A stretch of DNA of 64,000 nt from Parcubacteria group bacterium (GTDB lineage: Bacteria > Patescibacteriota > Minisyncoccia > Moranbacterales > UBA2206). Both the position numbers and the translations under genes were made by a program. Positions within the stretch are counted from its first letter, which is position 1, and each line of letters opens with the position of its first letter. Of the stretch, positions 35,764 to 45,297 are shown in pieces. The stretch is from assembly GCA_041661275.1 (NCBI GenBank), contig JBAZUU010000001.1, forward strand, positions 35,493-99,492, read 5' to 3'. Below the pieces are notes generated by a model. It saw only the letters and a list, made by a program, of their open reading frames with translations. It was not told the origin of the DNA and did no database searches.

Positions 35764-36843
35764 TTATGATTTCTTGAAACCCTCCACCTCATCAAAATAT
35801 CCATCAACATCCGTGACCCATTTCTTGACCGCCGTTTTGGAATCCCAGGAACAGTCATAGCCGCATTTCCAGACCGTCACCATGCCTTCCGGCGTCTTTA
35901 TTTGTTCATTCTCAATGATACTCTTTATCCTTTTAGCCACGCTCTGCACGGCATCGCTGTTACTGTCAAAACAAGTGTGCCCACCTGTCCCCATCTTGTC
36001 CCGCTTGGCTCGAAAGCCCCAATAATTTTTGCAATCCTTGCCATCAAGAACCGGCACGTGCTTTCCCCAGTCGCTTTCCTTTTTGGCAATACCGATAAGA
36101 AAAGCAGCTACAATTTTATCTTGTCGGGCAATATCCGGCGCCATTTTTTCAATTGGGTAGCCCTTGGTCATCGCCCGAATCTTTCCTTCAAAGGAGTCTT
36201 TTTCCGCTTCTTCTCTGATTTTGGTATGTTCTTCCAGGATCTGAGCAGCGATCTGATCTTCTATTTCTTTATTCTTTTTTTCATCTTCCGCGCTCAATAC
36301 TTGCGCTTGTGGAGCATCGGCTTTAGACGCTTTCTCCCCGGCTGACGCACCTTGTCCCAGATAGCGGTACATCATGGTCATCAGAAACATCCCGAAAATA
36401 AGCGAGCTGACAATGGAAACGTTCCACATCCGCACCGTACTGACACCTTCTACGGAATTGCGGAAAAAATCTTTGACAAAATTGATCGGATCAAGGTATC
36501 TTTCTCTTATTTTTTCAAAATCCAGATATTCTTTTTTAGAATAGACAAAATTAGTCTGGACATAGCTGATGCTTCGGTAGTGACGGGATATAGCGCTATC
36601 CAATATCTTCTCCGAGCGCAAAATTTTCTCCCCTCTTCGCGTTCTCGCCAGTTCTTCCTGGGAAAGATACAGTTTGGAATCGGACGTAAAAAAATCGTCT
36701 GTCCTCCCGTGTCGGGAAAACAAAACAGAATTCCGTTTATTTTTTTGAACAAATCTGGCTAAAGGTAAATCAAAAAACCCGATCCTTTGTTTCACCGCCC
36801 GATTCAGCCCATCCAGGCTTTTTTCTTTTGGTATTTGGATCAT
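35764..36843 (-). CDS. membrane-anchored paralog of 34694..35452 with longer N-terminal region
   Basis: Same C-terminal domain blocks. N-terminal TM segment. Confidence 0.5.
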   Translation of the reverse strand: MIQIPKEKSLDGLNRAVKQRIGFFDLPLARFVQKNKRNSVLFSRHGRTDDFFTSDSKLYLSQEELARTRRGEKILRSEKILDSAISRHYRSISYVQTNFVYSKKEYLDFEKIRERYLDPINFVKDFFRNSVEGVSTVRMWNVSIVSSLIFGMFLMTMMYRYLGQGASAGEKASKADAPQAQVLSAEDEKKNKEIEDQIAAQILEEHTKIREEAEKDSFEGKIRAMTKGYPIEKMAPDIARQDKIVAAFLIGIAKKESDWGKHVPVLDGKDCKNYWGFRAKRDKMGTGGHTCFDSNSDAVQSVAKRIKSIIENEQIKTPEGMVTVWKCGYDCSWDSKTAVKKWVTDVDGYFDEVEGFKKS

Positions 36844-36867
36844 TATTTGAAAATATTCGATTGTTTT

Positions 36868-37803
36868 TTACTTTTTTTCTGACTTAATTATACCACTTTT
36901 TTTCGTATTTAGAAACACCAGAAAAGCCGTCGGAACCATCAATAAACTGTAAAATTGTCCCAGTGTTAAAAATCCGATCCAGCCGTCAGGATCGCGGAAA
37001 AATTCCGATATTATTCTGGCAATTGCATAACCAGATAGATAGAACGCCAGCATATTATCTTTCGCCCATTTTTTGTTTCGAAGTAGCCATAGTATGACAA
37101 AGAGTATTATCCCTTCTAAAAAGGCTTCGTATAATTGGGATGGGTTACGTAATTCATGCATATAATCATTCGGAAAATACATTCCCCACCACCCTGTTGT
37201 CGCTCGACCATAAAGTTCGCCATTGATAAAATTACCGATGCGGCCAAAAAAATATCCGGCCGGGATAGCTGGCACAATAAAATTAAACCAATTCAGTAGA
37301 TTAATATTATTTTTTTTCGCCCATAGCCAACCGGCAATGACCACACCGATCAATCCACCGTGATAACTCATCCCATATATGCCGATAAATCTATGCGTCA
37401 CCGGATCAAATGGAGAAATGATTTGGATAGGATGCGCTGCATAATATGAAAAATTATAGAAAAAAACTTCTCCCAGCCTCGCACCAACGATCAGTCCAAC
37501 GAATGCGTATAATAAAAAATCCAATAAATACTCTGAATTTTGAATTTTGAATTTTGAATTTTGAAATAATTTTGAATGATTTAATTTCGAAATTGAACAT
37601 TCTGTCATTTGATCTTTATTCGAAATTCGAAATTCGAAATTCGAAATTTCATTCTTCTTTATCCTATATTTCACTAATAGATATACCACTAGAAATGTTA
37701 CCAAATACATAATTGAGTACCACGAAAAAGATATAAACCCGAAAGAAATATTCGGGTTTATGTGTTCGGGTAAATGCTGATAGAATTGTATGTATCTGTC
37801 CAT
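36868..37803 (-). CDS. lgt: prolipoprotein diacylglyceryl transferase, with an in-frame about 45-aa insertion encoded by heptanucleotide tandem repeats
   Basis: GGLIG and FGRIGNFINGELYG are the Lgt signature. The insertion ISNFEFRISNKDQ...FQNSKFKIQNSEY maps onto the repeat arrays. Confidence 0.8.
   Translation of the reverse strand: MDRYIQFYQHLPEHINPNISFGFISFSWYSIMYLVTFLVVYLLVKYRIKKNEISNFEFRISNKDQMTECSISKLNHSKLFQNSKFKIQNSEYLLDFLLYAFVGLIVGARLGEVFFYNFSYYAAHPIQIISPFDPVTHRFIGIYGMSYHGGLIGVVIAGWLWAKKNNINLLNWFNFIVPAIPAGYFFGRIGNFINGELYGRATTGWWGMYFPNDYMHELRNPSQLYEAFLEGIILFVILWLLRNKKWAKDNMLAFYLSGYAIARIISEFFRDPDGWIGFLTLGQFYSLLMVPTAFLVFLNTKKSGIIKSEKK
37545..37577. repeat. tandem heptanucleotide repeat (gaatttt)x4 inside lgt coding sequence
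   Basis: Read directly from the sequence. Confidence 0.85.
37617..37649. repeat. tandem heptanucleotide repeat (attcgaa)x4 inside lgt coding sequence
   Basis: Read directly from the sequence. A partial fifth copy lies at 37584-37598. Confidence 0.85.
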
Positions 37804-38129
37804 TATTTTTCTAATTTTTCTGCTTTTTCCAGTTTTTTATCCAGTCTTTTTTCTTCTTTCTTAAATATCTTGACCAGATACAAAGATATCAAAACAACGA
37901 TGATAGTGAGGACTGTGGCATAAATAAATTTAGCCCAAACAGTGTTTTCTTTGGCCGGAAAAAAATTTTCAATTAGTGTCTTGACTGCATCGTTCCAGGC
38001 AAGTCCCGCTACTAGCCCAAGAGCTGTCACGATGTATCCTACAGTTTTATTTCTAATTTCCTCCCTTACTCCTGATATTTCTTTTTTTATTTTTGTTTTT
38101 ATTATAGCCATAAAATTATTATTTCCCAT
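37803..38129 (-). CDS. small membrane protein, hypothetical
   Basis: 108 aa. ATGA overlap with the lgt start. Confidence 0.45.
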   Translation of the reverse strand: MGNNNFMAIIKTKIKKEISGVREEIRNKTVGYIVTALGLVAGLAWNDAVKTLIENFFPAKENTVWAKFIYATVLTIIVVLISLYLVKIFKKEEKRLDKKLEKAEKLEK

Positions 38130-38862
38130 TAAATATTTCGTTAATTATTAATCCAACCGTCGTCGCATACACATGATGGATGCCAAAACGATCGACTTCT
38201 TTTTGAATATTTTTATTATTATGTTCAACATGAAATTTTTCGCCTTTTTCCGTCCTTTCGTGATCCATAATGTGCCAGTCGCACTTTTCAAAAAAGCCAA
38301 ACGATTGTTTCCTGGCTCTGATATTTTTAAACATCTTTCTCAACTTAATATTATCACAATTTATAATTACCTGCCCATCACGCTTCGTCTTTCTGATAAG
38401 TGTTTTATATTCATCGGCCATATCGTTCATATCGGAAAAATTTTCGAGATATCTTTGTGTTATGTCGGTGATGACAGATATTTTTGGTTTAATTATGGAA
38501 AGCAAGTGTTTCATATCGCCGCGGCTTGACGCGCCCAATTCTAATATCAGAATAAGCGGAAAATCTTTTTGCCATAGGCTTAATATCGACCGATATAGCG
38601 TCGGCAGCCACTTTTTGTAATGGTTATACCCGCTGGGCAGGTCTAAGACCGCCAGAGGCAAACCTATTTCGGTATTAAAACTATTCTGATTAGCCCGAAC
38701 TTTCATACCTTTTTCTTCCAACACATGTTTTATCTCTTCTTTCACAAAAGTCTTATTGGTCGATCCGGCAATGGCGATTATTGTTGGACGATGGACAAAC
38801 AGCACCAGTTTGGTGATGTATTTGAGATAGTATTTTAGTAATGTTTTGAATACTAGTTTCAT
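38119..38862 (-). CDS. Mur ligase family protein (MurF-like central domain only; possibly truncated)
   Basis: IAIAGSTNKTFVKE is the Mur ligase ATP-binding GxxGKT/S-like motif. At only 247 aa it lacks the N- and C-terminal domains. Confidence 0.5.
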   Translation of the reverse strand: MKLVFKTLLKYYLKYITKLVLFVHRPTIIAIAGSTNKTFVKEEIKHVLEEKGMKVRANQNSFNTEIGLPLAVLDLPSGYNHYKKWLPTLYRSILSLWQKDFPLILILELGASSRGDMKHLLSIIKPKISVITDITQRYLENFSDMNDMADEYKTLIRKTKRDGQVIINCDNIKLRKMFKNIRARKQSFGFFEKCDWHIMDHERTEKGEKFHVEHNNKNIQKEVDRFGIHHVYATTVGLIINEIFNGK

Positions 38863-40103
38863 AAAAAAAGTTTTTCTATCCTATCAAATGCTTCGTTTAT
38901 CTCTCTTTTTCTTTTCCCGAAGCTTATACGGATATGGTTTTCACCATTTTCACCAAAAGCCACTCCGGGAACTGTCGCTACTTGCGCTTTCTCCAGTATC
39001 CAAAGAGCAAATTGCCAGGAGTTGCTTATATATAGATCGTCGTTTCTTCTGTCTATAGTGAACTTCTTGTTTGTTATGATTCTCGGAAAAACATAGTAAG
39101 CGCTGGTTGGTTTTACATAGCTGAAAACATTTGAAAGCCTATCGAGACGCTCGCATATTATATCGCGTCTTTTCTTGTATTTTTTATTGAATAATTTCAC
39201 GTCATCTTCCGCCATTTCCAGCGCCCCCATGGCCGCGTACTGCGATATTACCGGCGCGCAAGTGACCAAAGAATCATGGACTTTCAGAATTTCTTTGATG
39301 ATAGATTCGTCACTATGGACATAGCCTATCCGCCAGCCGGTCATAGCATAAGTTTTGGAAAAACTGAAAACACGAATGACCCGTTTTCGCAATTCTGGCA
39401 ATTCTGCTAAACTAAATATTTTTTGGACATCGGATGTCCAAACTTTGTTTTTCTTACCGTCTTGGACATCCGATGTCCCAGCGCTGTCAAAAACCAGATC
39501 TTTATACACTTCGTCAGAAATTAGATATAAATTATGCTTTTCGGCCAGCTTTGCCAGTCCCAATAGTTGCTCCTTGGTATAAATCGTTCCAGTAGGATTA
39601 TTAGGATTGCAATAAAATATCGCTTTGGTTTTTGGCGTGATCGCTTGTTCATATTTTTCCAGTTCAAACGCCCAACCTTTTTCTTCATTAAGCGGCACAA
39701 AAACCGGTACGCATCCGGCCAGGGTTATCACTTCGCGATATGATGTATAGGTCGGCTCCGGAATGATGATCTCATCGCCCGGATTGGTAATGGCAAAAAT
39801 AGTCGCAGTTATGCCTTCAATGGAACCAGCAGTCACAATAATTTCTTTTTGCCAGTCATAGAACATATTCTCCCGAGCAAGATGTATTTCAATCAGTTCT
39901 CGCAGTTCCGGCAGTCCCGGAGAAAGTGAATATCTGGCTACTACGCCGTCTTTAAGCGCCCTTTCTACCCGGCGCTTAATACACGCTGGCGTATCAAAGC
40001 TTGGCACCCCTTGCGCCAAAGATATCACATCCGGAAACTTGGCCGCCCGCAGTTCCATCTGCTTTATGACTGATAATCGAAGGTTTTTAGTGCGTTCAAA
40101 CAT
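38859..40103 (-). CDS. class I/II PLP-dependent aminotransferase
   Basis: SFSKTYAMTGWRIGY holds the PLP-lysine. Length 414 aa. Contains an internal duplicated palindrome at 39423-39478. Confidence 0.8.
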   Translation of the reverse strand: MFERTKNLRLSVIKQMELRAAKFPDVISLAQGVPSFDTPACIKRRVERALKDGVVARYSLSPGLPELRELIEIHLARENMFYDWQKEIIVTAGSIEGITATIFAITNPGDEIIIPEPTYTSYREVITLAGCVPVFVPLNEEKGWAFELEKYEQAITPKTKAIFYCNPNNPTGTIYTKEQLLGLAKLAEKHNLYLISDEVYKDLVFDSAGTSDVQDGKKNKVWTSDVQKIFSLAELPELRKRVIRVFSFSKTYAMTGWRIGYVHSDESIIKEILKVHDSLVTCAPVISQYAAMGALEMAEDDVKLFNKKYKKRRDIICERLDRLSNVFSYVKPTSAYYVFPRIITNKKFTIDRRNDDLYISNSWQFALWILEKAQVATVPGVAFGENGENHIRISFGKRKREINEAFDRIEKLFL

Positions 40104-40190
40104 AATATTTCAGCATTTTAGGATTATATCAGACATTTTCTAAAAGAAAAAGACATCAAATAATGATATCTTTTCGTATTTCAAATCCTG

Positions 40191-41258
40191 TTATTTATAT
40201 CTCTTCAACGCTTCCCCAATCAACTTATCCAAAAACTCCGAAAATTCCATCCCGGCGGCTTTGGCCGCCTGCGGCGCCAAACTTGTCGCGGTCATTCCCG
40301 GAATGGTGTTGATTTCTAAAAAGTATATTTTATTCGCTTCGGTATCCCAAATAAAATCAGCTCTTGAAAGATCGGCACATCCAACCGCTTTAAAAACTTT
40401 GACAGCATAACGCTGTACTTTTTTCGTGATATCATCGGGAATTTGCGCCGGACAAACTTCTTCTGAACCTCCAGTCTGATATTTAGCTTTGTAGTCAAAA
40501 AATGTGGAAACTTTGGGAATAATTTCAATGACTGGTAAAGCTTTCGGAGACTTGTTTCCAAATACCGCCACAGTCAGTTCCCGACCTTTTATAAATTGCT
40601 CCAGCATTACTTCATTGCCATATTCCAGCGCTTTTTGGATGCCTACTTCCAATTCTTCTTTAGTTTTAGCAATATTTATTCCAACAGATGATCCAAGCTC
40701 AATGGGCTTTATGACGACTGGCAAATTTAGCTTAGCAATAATTTTATCTGAATTGTATTTTTTATTTTTATTAATTACTACTTCTTTAGCGATCTTCACT
40801 CCGGCACTTTTTGCCATCACTTTTGTTTTATGCTTATTCATCGCCAAGGCACTGGCTAAAGTTCCGGAAAAAACATACGGCATTCCTAGCATATCGAGCA
40901 TACCCTGTAATTTTCCATCTTCGACATACTGCCCATGAACGATGGGCATGACTAAATCTATTTTTACTCCAGCTTCTCCTTCGACAAAATCGAAATTATT
41001 ATTTTCAACCACACTCACCAATTTTTGCGATTGTTCCAGATCCACTCCACCTTCCGTTTGAGCCAGTGACAAATTTTCTTCCATATATTGCTTTCCCTTA
41101 TCACCAAGAAGCCAATTACCGCCTTTTGTTATGGCAATGGGAATAATATTATACTTTTCTGCATTTAGTGCGCTCATCACTTGACTCGCTGACTTGATAG
41201 ATACTTCATGCTCACCGGACTTGCCGCCAAAGATAACTGCCAGATTTAATTTTGCCAT
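40191..41258 (-). CDS. ddl: D-alanine--D-alanine ligase
   Basis: KLNLAVIFGGKSGEHEVSIKSA N-terminus. ATP-grasp C-terminus. Length 355 aa. Confidence 0.85.
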   Translation of the reverse strand: MAKLNLAVIFGGKSGEHEVSIKSASQVMSALNAEKYNIIPIAITKGGNWLLGDKGKQYMEENLSLAQTEGGVDLEQSQKLVSVVENNNFDFVEGEAGVKIDLVMPIVHGQYVEDGKLQGMLDMLGMPYVFSGTLASALAMNKHKTKVMAKSAGVKIAKEVVINKNKKYNSDKIIAKLNLPVVIKPIELGSSVGINIAKTKEELEVGIQKALEYGNEVMLEQFIKGRELTVAVFGNKSPKALPVIEIIPKVSTFFDYKAKYQTGGSEEVCPAQIPDDITKKVQRYAVKVFKAVGCADLSRADFIWDTEANKIYFLEINTIPGMTATSLAPQAAKAAGMEFSEFLDKLIGEALKRYK

Positions 41259-41341
41259 ATTTTTTTACCTCATGGAGTAATTTTTTCTTCAAAAAAATTA
41301 ATTTTGCGAAGCAAAATTTACTCCACGGGGTGAATTAATTA

Positions 41342-41878
41342 TTACTCAATGCAGCAATCAATCGCCTTTCGCACCAACTCTCCCATTTTTCCTAAAAATC
41401 CGGTCTTCGCCGTATCGTGTTTATTTACGGCTTTATCATCTATTTTTTTCACATCATCAGTTTTAATAATTTTCATATTCACTGCCCAAAAAAGAGAATA
41501 TAGATCATAGGCCTTTTGGAAAAGTTCTTGCGCTTGTTCCTTTTTCCCCATACCTTGCTGTTTAGTCCCCACTTCCATAAGTCGCATGGAAGCTGCCAGC
41601 AAGTGTTTTGATATGCACCATTGTTCTCCCTCCGGTTCTTTCACGATAAGGCGCAAAAGATCTCCGCGCATCTTTCTAACTTCTTGCAACAAATCATAAT
41701 ACTCCGGTTTTCCCAATTTGGCTCCAGTAAAAAAGAAATGCTCTTCAATACTCACCAGATTCATAATGGCGATGGACAAATCTTGATCGGATGACAAATC
41801 CATCTTGTCAGCCTTTTTCATATTATCAACCTTCTCGATAAGATCGTTGACGTTTTTTATCAAAGTTTCGTTTTCCAT
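41342..41878 (-). CDS. hypothetical protein
   Basis: 178-aa ORF with no recognised motif. Confidence 0.4.
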   Translation of the reverse strand: MENETLIKNVNDLIEKVDNMKKADKMDLSSDQDLSIAIMNLVSIEEHFFFTGAKLGKPEYYDLLQEVRKMRGDLLRLIVKEPEGEQWCISKHLLAASMRLMEVGTKQQGMGKKEQAQELFQKAYDLYSLFWAVNMKIIKTDDVKKIDDKAVNKHDTAKTGFLGKMGELVRKAIDCCIE

Positions 41879-41881
41879 ATT

Positions 41882-42409
41882 TTATTTGTTTAAAAAGTAA
41901 AAAAATATACTAGCAAAAATGAGTGGCACAATCGGCATCACTACTTTTTGGAACGGAAAATAGGCCCGGCCGCCATTTTTTTTCTTCAAATATTCATAAT
42001 ATTCGGCGCCTGAAAAAAACAGAATGCATCCGATGGCAATTCCCAAAAGCATCTTGTCTATTCCCCACATTTTATTCAGTTCCTTTCCTACTATTGGATA
42101 GCCTTTTATTTTTATAAAAAACAAAGGAACAATAATCATTAAAAAATACACGATAATCGTCACTGCTTTCATTTGAAAAAATTTGATATTTTTTCTAGAA
42201 AACCAATCTAGTGTCCAAGAAATCAAAGAAACAGTCAGCCCTCCGACCCATAGTCCGATGATCACATCGTCTACGCCAAATTCTTCGGCCAGTCCCACTC
42301 CGGCTCCGACGGCAATCGTGCATATCGGGCAAACAGCCAGGGCCTTAGGCGCGACACAAAAAACTCCCGTTAAAATAAAAGATGTTAACGTTATTATAAT
42401 CCTCCTCAT
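41882..42409 (-). CDS. membrane protein (hypothetical); start probably at 42409, not 42442
   Basis: The tracked N-terminus is encoded by TTCGTA/TTCGCA repeats. The internal ATG gives MRRIIITL... followed by TM segments. Confidence 0.45.
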   Translation of the reverse strand: MRRIIITLTSFILTGVFCVAPKALAVCPICTIAVGAGVGLAEEFGVDDVIIGLWVGGLTVSLISWTLDWFSRKNIKFFQMKAVTIIVYFLMIIVPLFFIKIKGYPIVGKELNKMWGIDKMLLGIAIGCILFFSGAEYYEYLKKKNGGRAYFPFQKVVMPIVPLIFASIFFYFLNK

Positions 42410-42442
42410 TCGTAGATTCGCATGCAATTCGTAGATTCGCAT
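42407..42442. promoter_or_regulatory. tandem attcgtagattcgcat x2 (TTCGTA-array motif)
   Basis: Read directly from the sequence. Related arrays at 42941-42980. Confidence 0.4.
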
Positions 42443-42444
42443 CG

Positions 42445-42807
42445 CTATTTTGTCTTATCCTGAAAATATTTAATGACATCTTCCTGGCCCTCATAACATT
42501 TTCCCCCGTCCCAAAGCATGGGCACGCCCATCTGTTTTTCGTCAGTTGTTCCGCAAGCCTTATATTTCTCCACCAGTATTGCGCTGTTGTCTTTGTTATG
42601 AAAAACCTCTACTTGGGTAAAGCTTACCTTTTGGGCAATATTGTTCTTATTTATAAAATCCTCAACAATCTGACAGTGTGGACATTCTTTGCCATAAAAA
42701 AGTAGGACGCCACTAGCGTTAGTCGCACTCGGACTTTTGCTAAAAAGCATATAGCCTAAGAACGCTAATATTAAAACAATAAGAATTACTAAAATTGCCT
42801 TCTTCAT
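42445..42807 (-). CDS. thioredoxin-fold thiol-disulfide oxidoreductase (CPHC), membrane-anchored
   Basis: YGKECPHCQ active site. N-terminal TM. Confidence 0.6.
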   Translation of the reverse strand: MKKAILVILIVLILAFLGYMLFSKSPSATNASGVLLFYGKECPHCQIVEDFINKNNIAQKVSFTQVEVFHNKDNSAILVEKYKACGTTDEKQMGVPMLWDGGKCYEGQEDVIKYFQDKTK

Positions 42808-42977
42808 AAAATGTTTTGGTTAATAATTCTACTTAATATTAGCAACAAAAACATTTTTAGCCAAGCAAACGGTATTAAGGATGTAAAAACAGCCCCGAGC
42901 TTGCGCCTAGGGCCATTTTTTATCTAGAAGATACTCTTTTATTCGTATGTGCGCGTTCGTAGTGCGCTATTCGCATA

Positions 42978-43307
42978 CTAGTATCTGTCTCTTCGTCCGC
43001 CTCCGAAACCACCTCTGTCTCCACCTCGATTGAAACCACCAGATCTCTGGGGTCGATCGCCTTGGGGACGAGCTTCGTTGACAGTCAGAGTTCTACCTTC
43101 GAATTCCTGTCCGTTGAACATTTCAACAGCTTTTTTGGCTTCCTCGTCAGTCGCCATTTCTACGAAGCCGAAGCCTCGAGAACGTCCGGACATTTTGTCC
43201 ATGATGATGGTAGCAGAGACAACTTGTCCAGCTCCAGCGAATAGAGAACCCAAGGAATCCTGGGTAGTATTGTAGGAAAGTCCTCCTACATACAACTTTT
43301 GACTCAT
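42978..43307 (-). CDS. glycine-rich RNA-binding protein (RRM)
   Basis: RNP2 LYVGGL, RNP1 RGFGFVEM, RGG-rich tail. Confidence 0.8.
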   Translation of the reverse strand: MSQKLYVGGLSYNTTQDSLGSLFAGAGQVVSATIIMDKMSGRSRGFGFVEMATDEEAKKAVEMFNGQEFEGRTLTVNEARPQGDRPQRSGGFNRGGDRGGFGGGRRDRY

Positions 43308-43449
43308 TGATTTTCTTATATGAATTTACTTTGTAAGGTGACCTTCTCTCTTGTTTACTCTGTTGCGGAATTTAACCGCTCACTTAGCTTACACTAACTT
43401 CATATAAGACTAAAAACGAGAAACGAATGCGAGAAAACTTACATTAATC

Positions 43450-43480
43450 CTAGTATACACTTTTGAGCCAAAATGTCAAC
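43450..43480 (-). promoter_or_regulatory. strong promoter (TTGACA-16-TGtTATACT) for the RRM gene, leaving an about 140-nt 5' UTR
   Basis: Read from the minus strand. Confidence 0.45.
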
Positions 43481-43514
43481 CCAAACAGCATAAATCCCCT
43501 GATATTGATTAACT

Positions 43515-43570
43515 AAAGCATTTATCCACAGTTTCCGATATTTGCCGGTTGACAGAAATCGGCTGCTCTG
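43515..43570 (+). promoter_or_regulatory. TTATCCACAG box plus consensus promoter TTGACA-17-TATACT
   Basis: Box at 43515-43524, -35 at 43542-43547, -10 at 43565-43570. Confidence 0.5.
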
Positions 43571-43589
43571 CTATACTGCCGGAGTAAGA

Positions 43590-43655
43590 TAAGATTATGA
43601 AAACAGCGAAACAAACATTCAAGCTAGTCTTTGGGATGTTGATTACCGTCATTGG
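43590..43655 (+). CDS. 21-aa hydrophobic peptide MKTAKQTFKLVFGMLITVIGR (type I toxin-like / membrane micropeptide candidate)
   Basis: GGAG sits 10 nt upstream of the ATG. A consensus promoter lies 20 nt upstream. A terminator hairpin follows at 43706-43732. Confidence 0.4.
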
Positions 43656-44774
43656 ACGATAAATTTTCGCTGGGAACATAGCATAAAAAAAATAGACAAA
43701 CGGATCCCGGCGAAAAGCGGGGTTTTTATTTTTCAAAGTTCCTTACAACACAAATTCTATTAGCCGGAGAGTGCGTAAAATTTAATTGTGCATTGTCCGG
43801 CAAACGGAATGATTTCCTTGAAAGAAAGATTCTTGAAAACTAATTTGCTTGAATTTTTGCCGACTCACTCGTTTAAATATGGCAGTGATGAATCAGGCTC
43901 TCCTAAAAGGAGAAAAAATAATTTTCAACAAACCGGTTTTCAATAAATTAATCAATCAAGGAAATCTTCTAGATGCCAATCTGCAAGAGGGGTAAGTCAT
44001 CCTACAACCGAAACGGATAGGGGGGAACATGAATCAGCCAAAGAAAGTGACCGAGAAAAGCTTGACCGGAAATAAAGGAAATCTCCTGAAATTTCCCGTT
44101 CCGATAGATGAACGGGAACCTGTCAAGCCACCGAGCTCTCATGAAATCAAGAGGGCTTTCTCTGAACTTTTTATGGCAAAAGCCGTCCAGACGACTTAAC
44201 TCAGTCCCATAAACTCCAAAAGAGTATGGGCATATCAACACAAGGGAGAGGTGCAATCCGCTTCTCCCTTCTCTCAAAAAATTTATTACTTTTTATATAA
44301 CCACCACACAAAAATGAATTTTATATTTCTCACAAATAGCATAATTATGATTATTAACCGACCAGCGTCGAGTTGATTTTGGTTTCCGAAAACTAATTAG
44401 GATCAACCCGACGCCAGTCGGTTTTTTTATTGATTAATAACAACATTATCCTCCTCTCCCTTCGGGAGAGGATGTCAGCCTAAATTTTTCTTAAAATTTT
44501 GGCTGACAGGAGAGGGAAAAGGAGATCTATCATGAAAAAACCGGAAGAAGAACAATGCAAGCTGTCAACTGAAAGCCAAAAGAGAATGCGAAGAATCGCT
44601 CAAAAAGAAGGCAAAAAAAGTGCGTGCGAACTTTGCATCCACAGGGAGAAATGTAAAAAATAAACCCCTAACTTTTTCCTAACATGGAATGAGTTGCAAG
44701 CCGAAAAGTAAAACATACTTTTTGGCACCAGCCGAGCTTACCCCCTTACAGCCCGGCCTTTTTATTGCACCTTA

Positions 44775-44803
44775 TTGACAAGATAAACTACATCTGCTAA
44801 ATT
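44775..44803 (+). promoter_or_regulatory. promoter TTGACA-17-TAAATT
   Basis: Read directly from the sequence. Confidence 0.4.
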
Positions 44804-44815
44804 AAGGGTACTGTT

Positions 44816-44890
44816 ATGAATCAAATTATAAACAACCTACTACTTCTATTGCTTAGCCCGCACGCGGTGGTTGTTTCGTTTCGTTCATAA
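44816..44890 (+). CDS. 24-aa hydrophobic peptide MNQIINNLLLLLLSPHAVVVSFRS (second micropeptide module)
   Basis: The promoter is directly upstream. A terminator (ccgcc-gtgtg-ggcgg plus T7) follows at 44918-44940. Confidence 0.35.
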   Translation: MNQIINNLLLLLLSPHAVVVSFRS

Positions 44891-45297
44891 GCAGTAGTTA
44901 AAACGAAGAAAAACATTCCGCCGTGTGGGCGGTTTTTTTATTTGCGGCTCCCTACATTATTCCCTTCTCCCTTTTAGGGAGAAGGTGGCTCGAGTCCCGC
45001 AATAGCGGACGAGAGACGGATGAGGGAAAACCATGGAATAGTGAGTTTATAAATTAAATTTTAATTTTTAAACTGGCTGTTTCAGAGGGTTCTTTCAACA
45101 ACTAACAGGAGAAAGAGTTATGATTTTTCTTAACGACATACCTCAAATAATCGAAGATTACGAAGCGGTAAGAAAGATTTACCGCAAAAGAGCAAAAAAA
45201 GAGCGGCTTCATCGATTTATCGTAAGATGCCGCATGTTTATTACTCGTTTTCCTTGGATTCACATTTAATTTCAAAGGTCAAAGAAAGGAAGGTACT

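Noticed and set aside
38119-38862. Calling the short Mur-ligase-like ORF a pseudogene
   Set aside because: No in-frame remnants of the missing domains or frameshift signatures were found upstream or downstream. I kept it as a possibly truncated gene without a pseudogene call.
16986-43524. TTATCCACA DnaA boxes as evidence for the chromosomal origin oriC
   Set aside because: They are single boxes embedded in a longer conserved 13-mer at promoter-proximal positions, spread over 27 kb. There is no dnaA/dnaN neighbourhood and no clustered box array with an AT-rich DUE.
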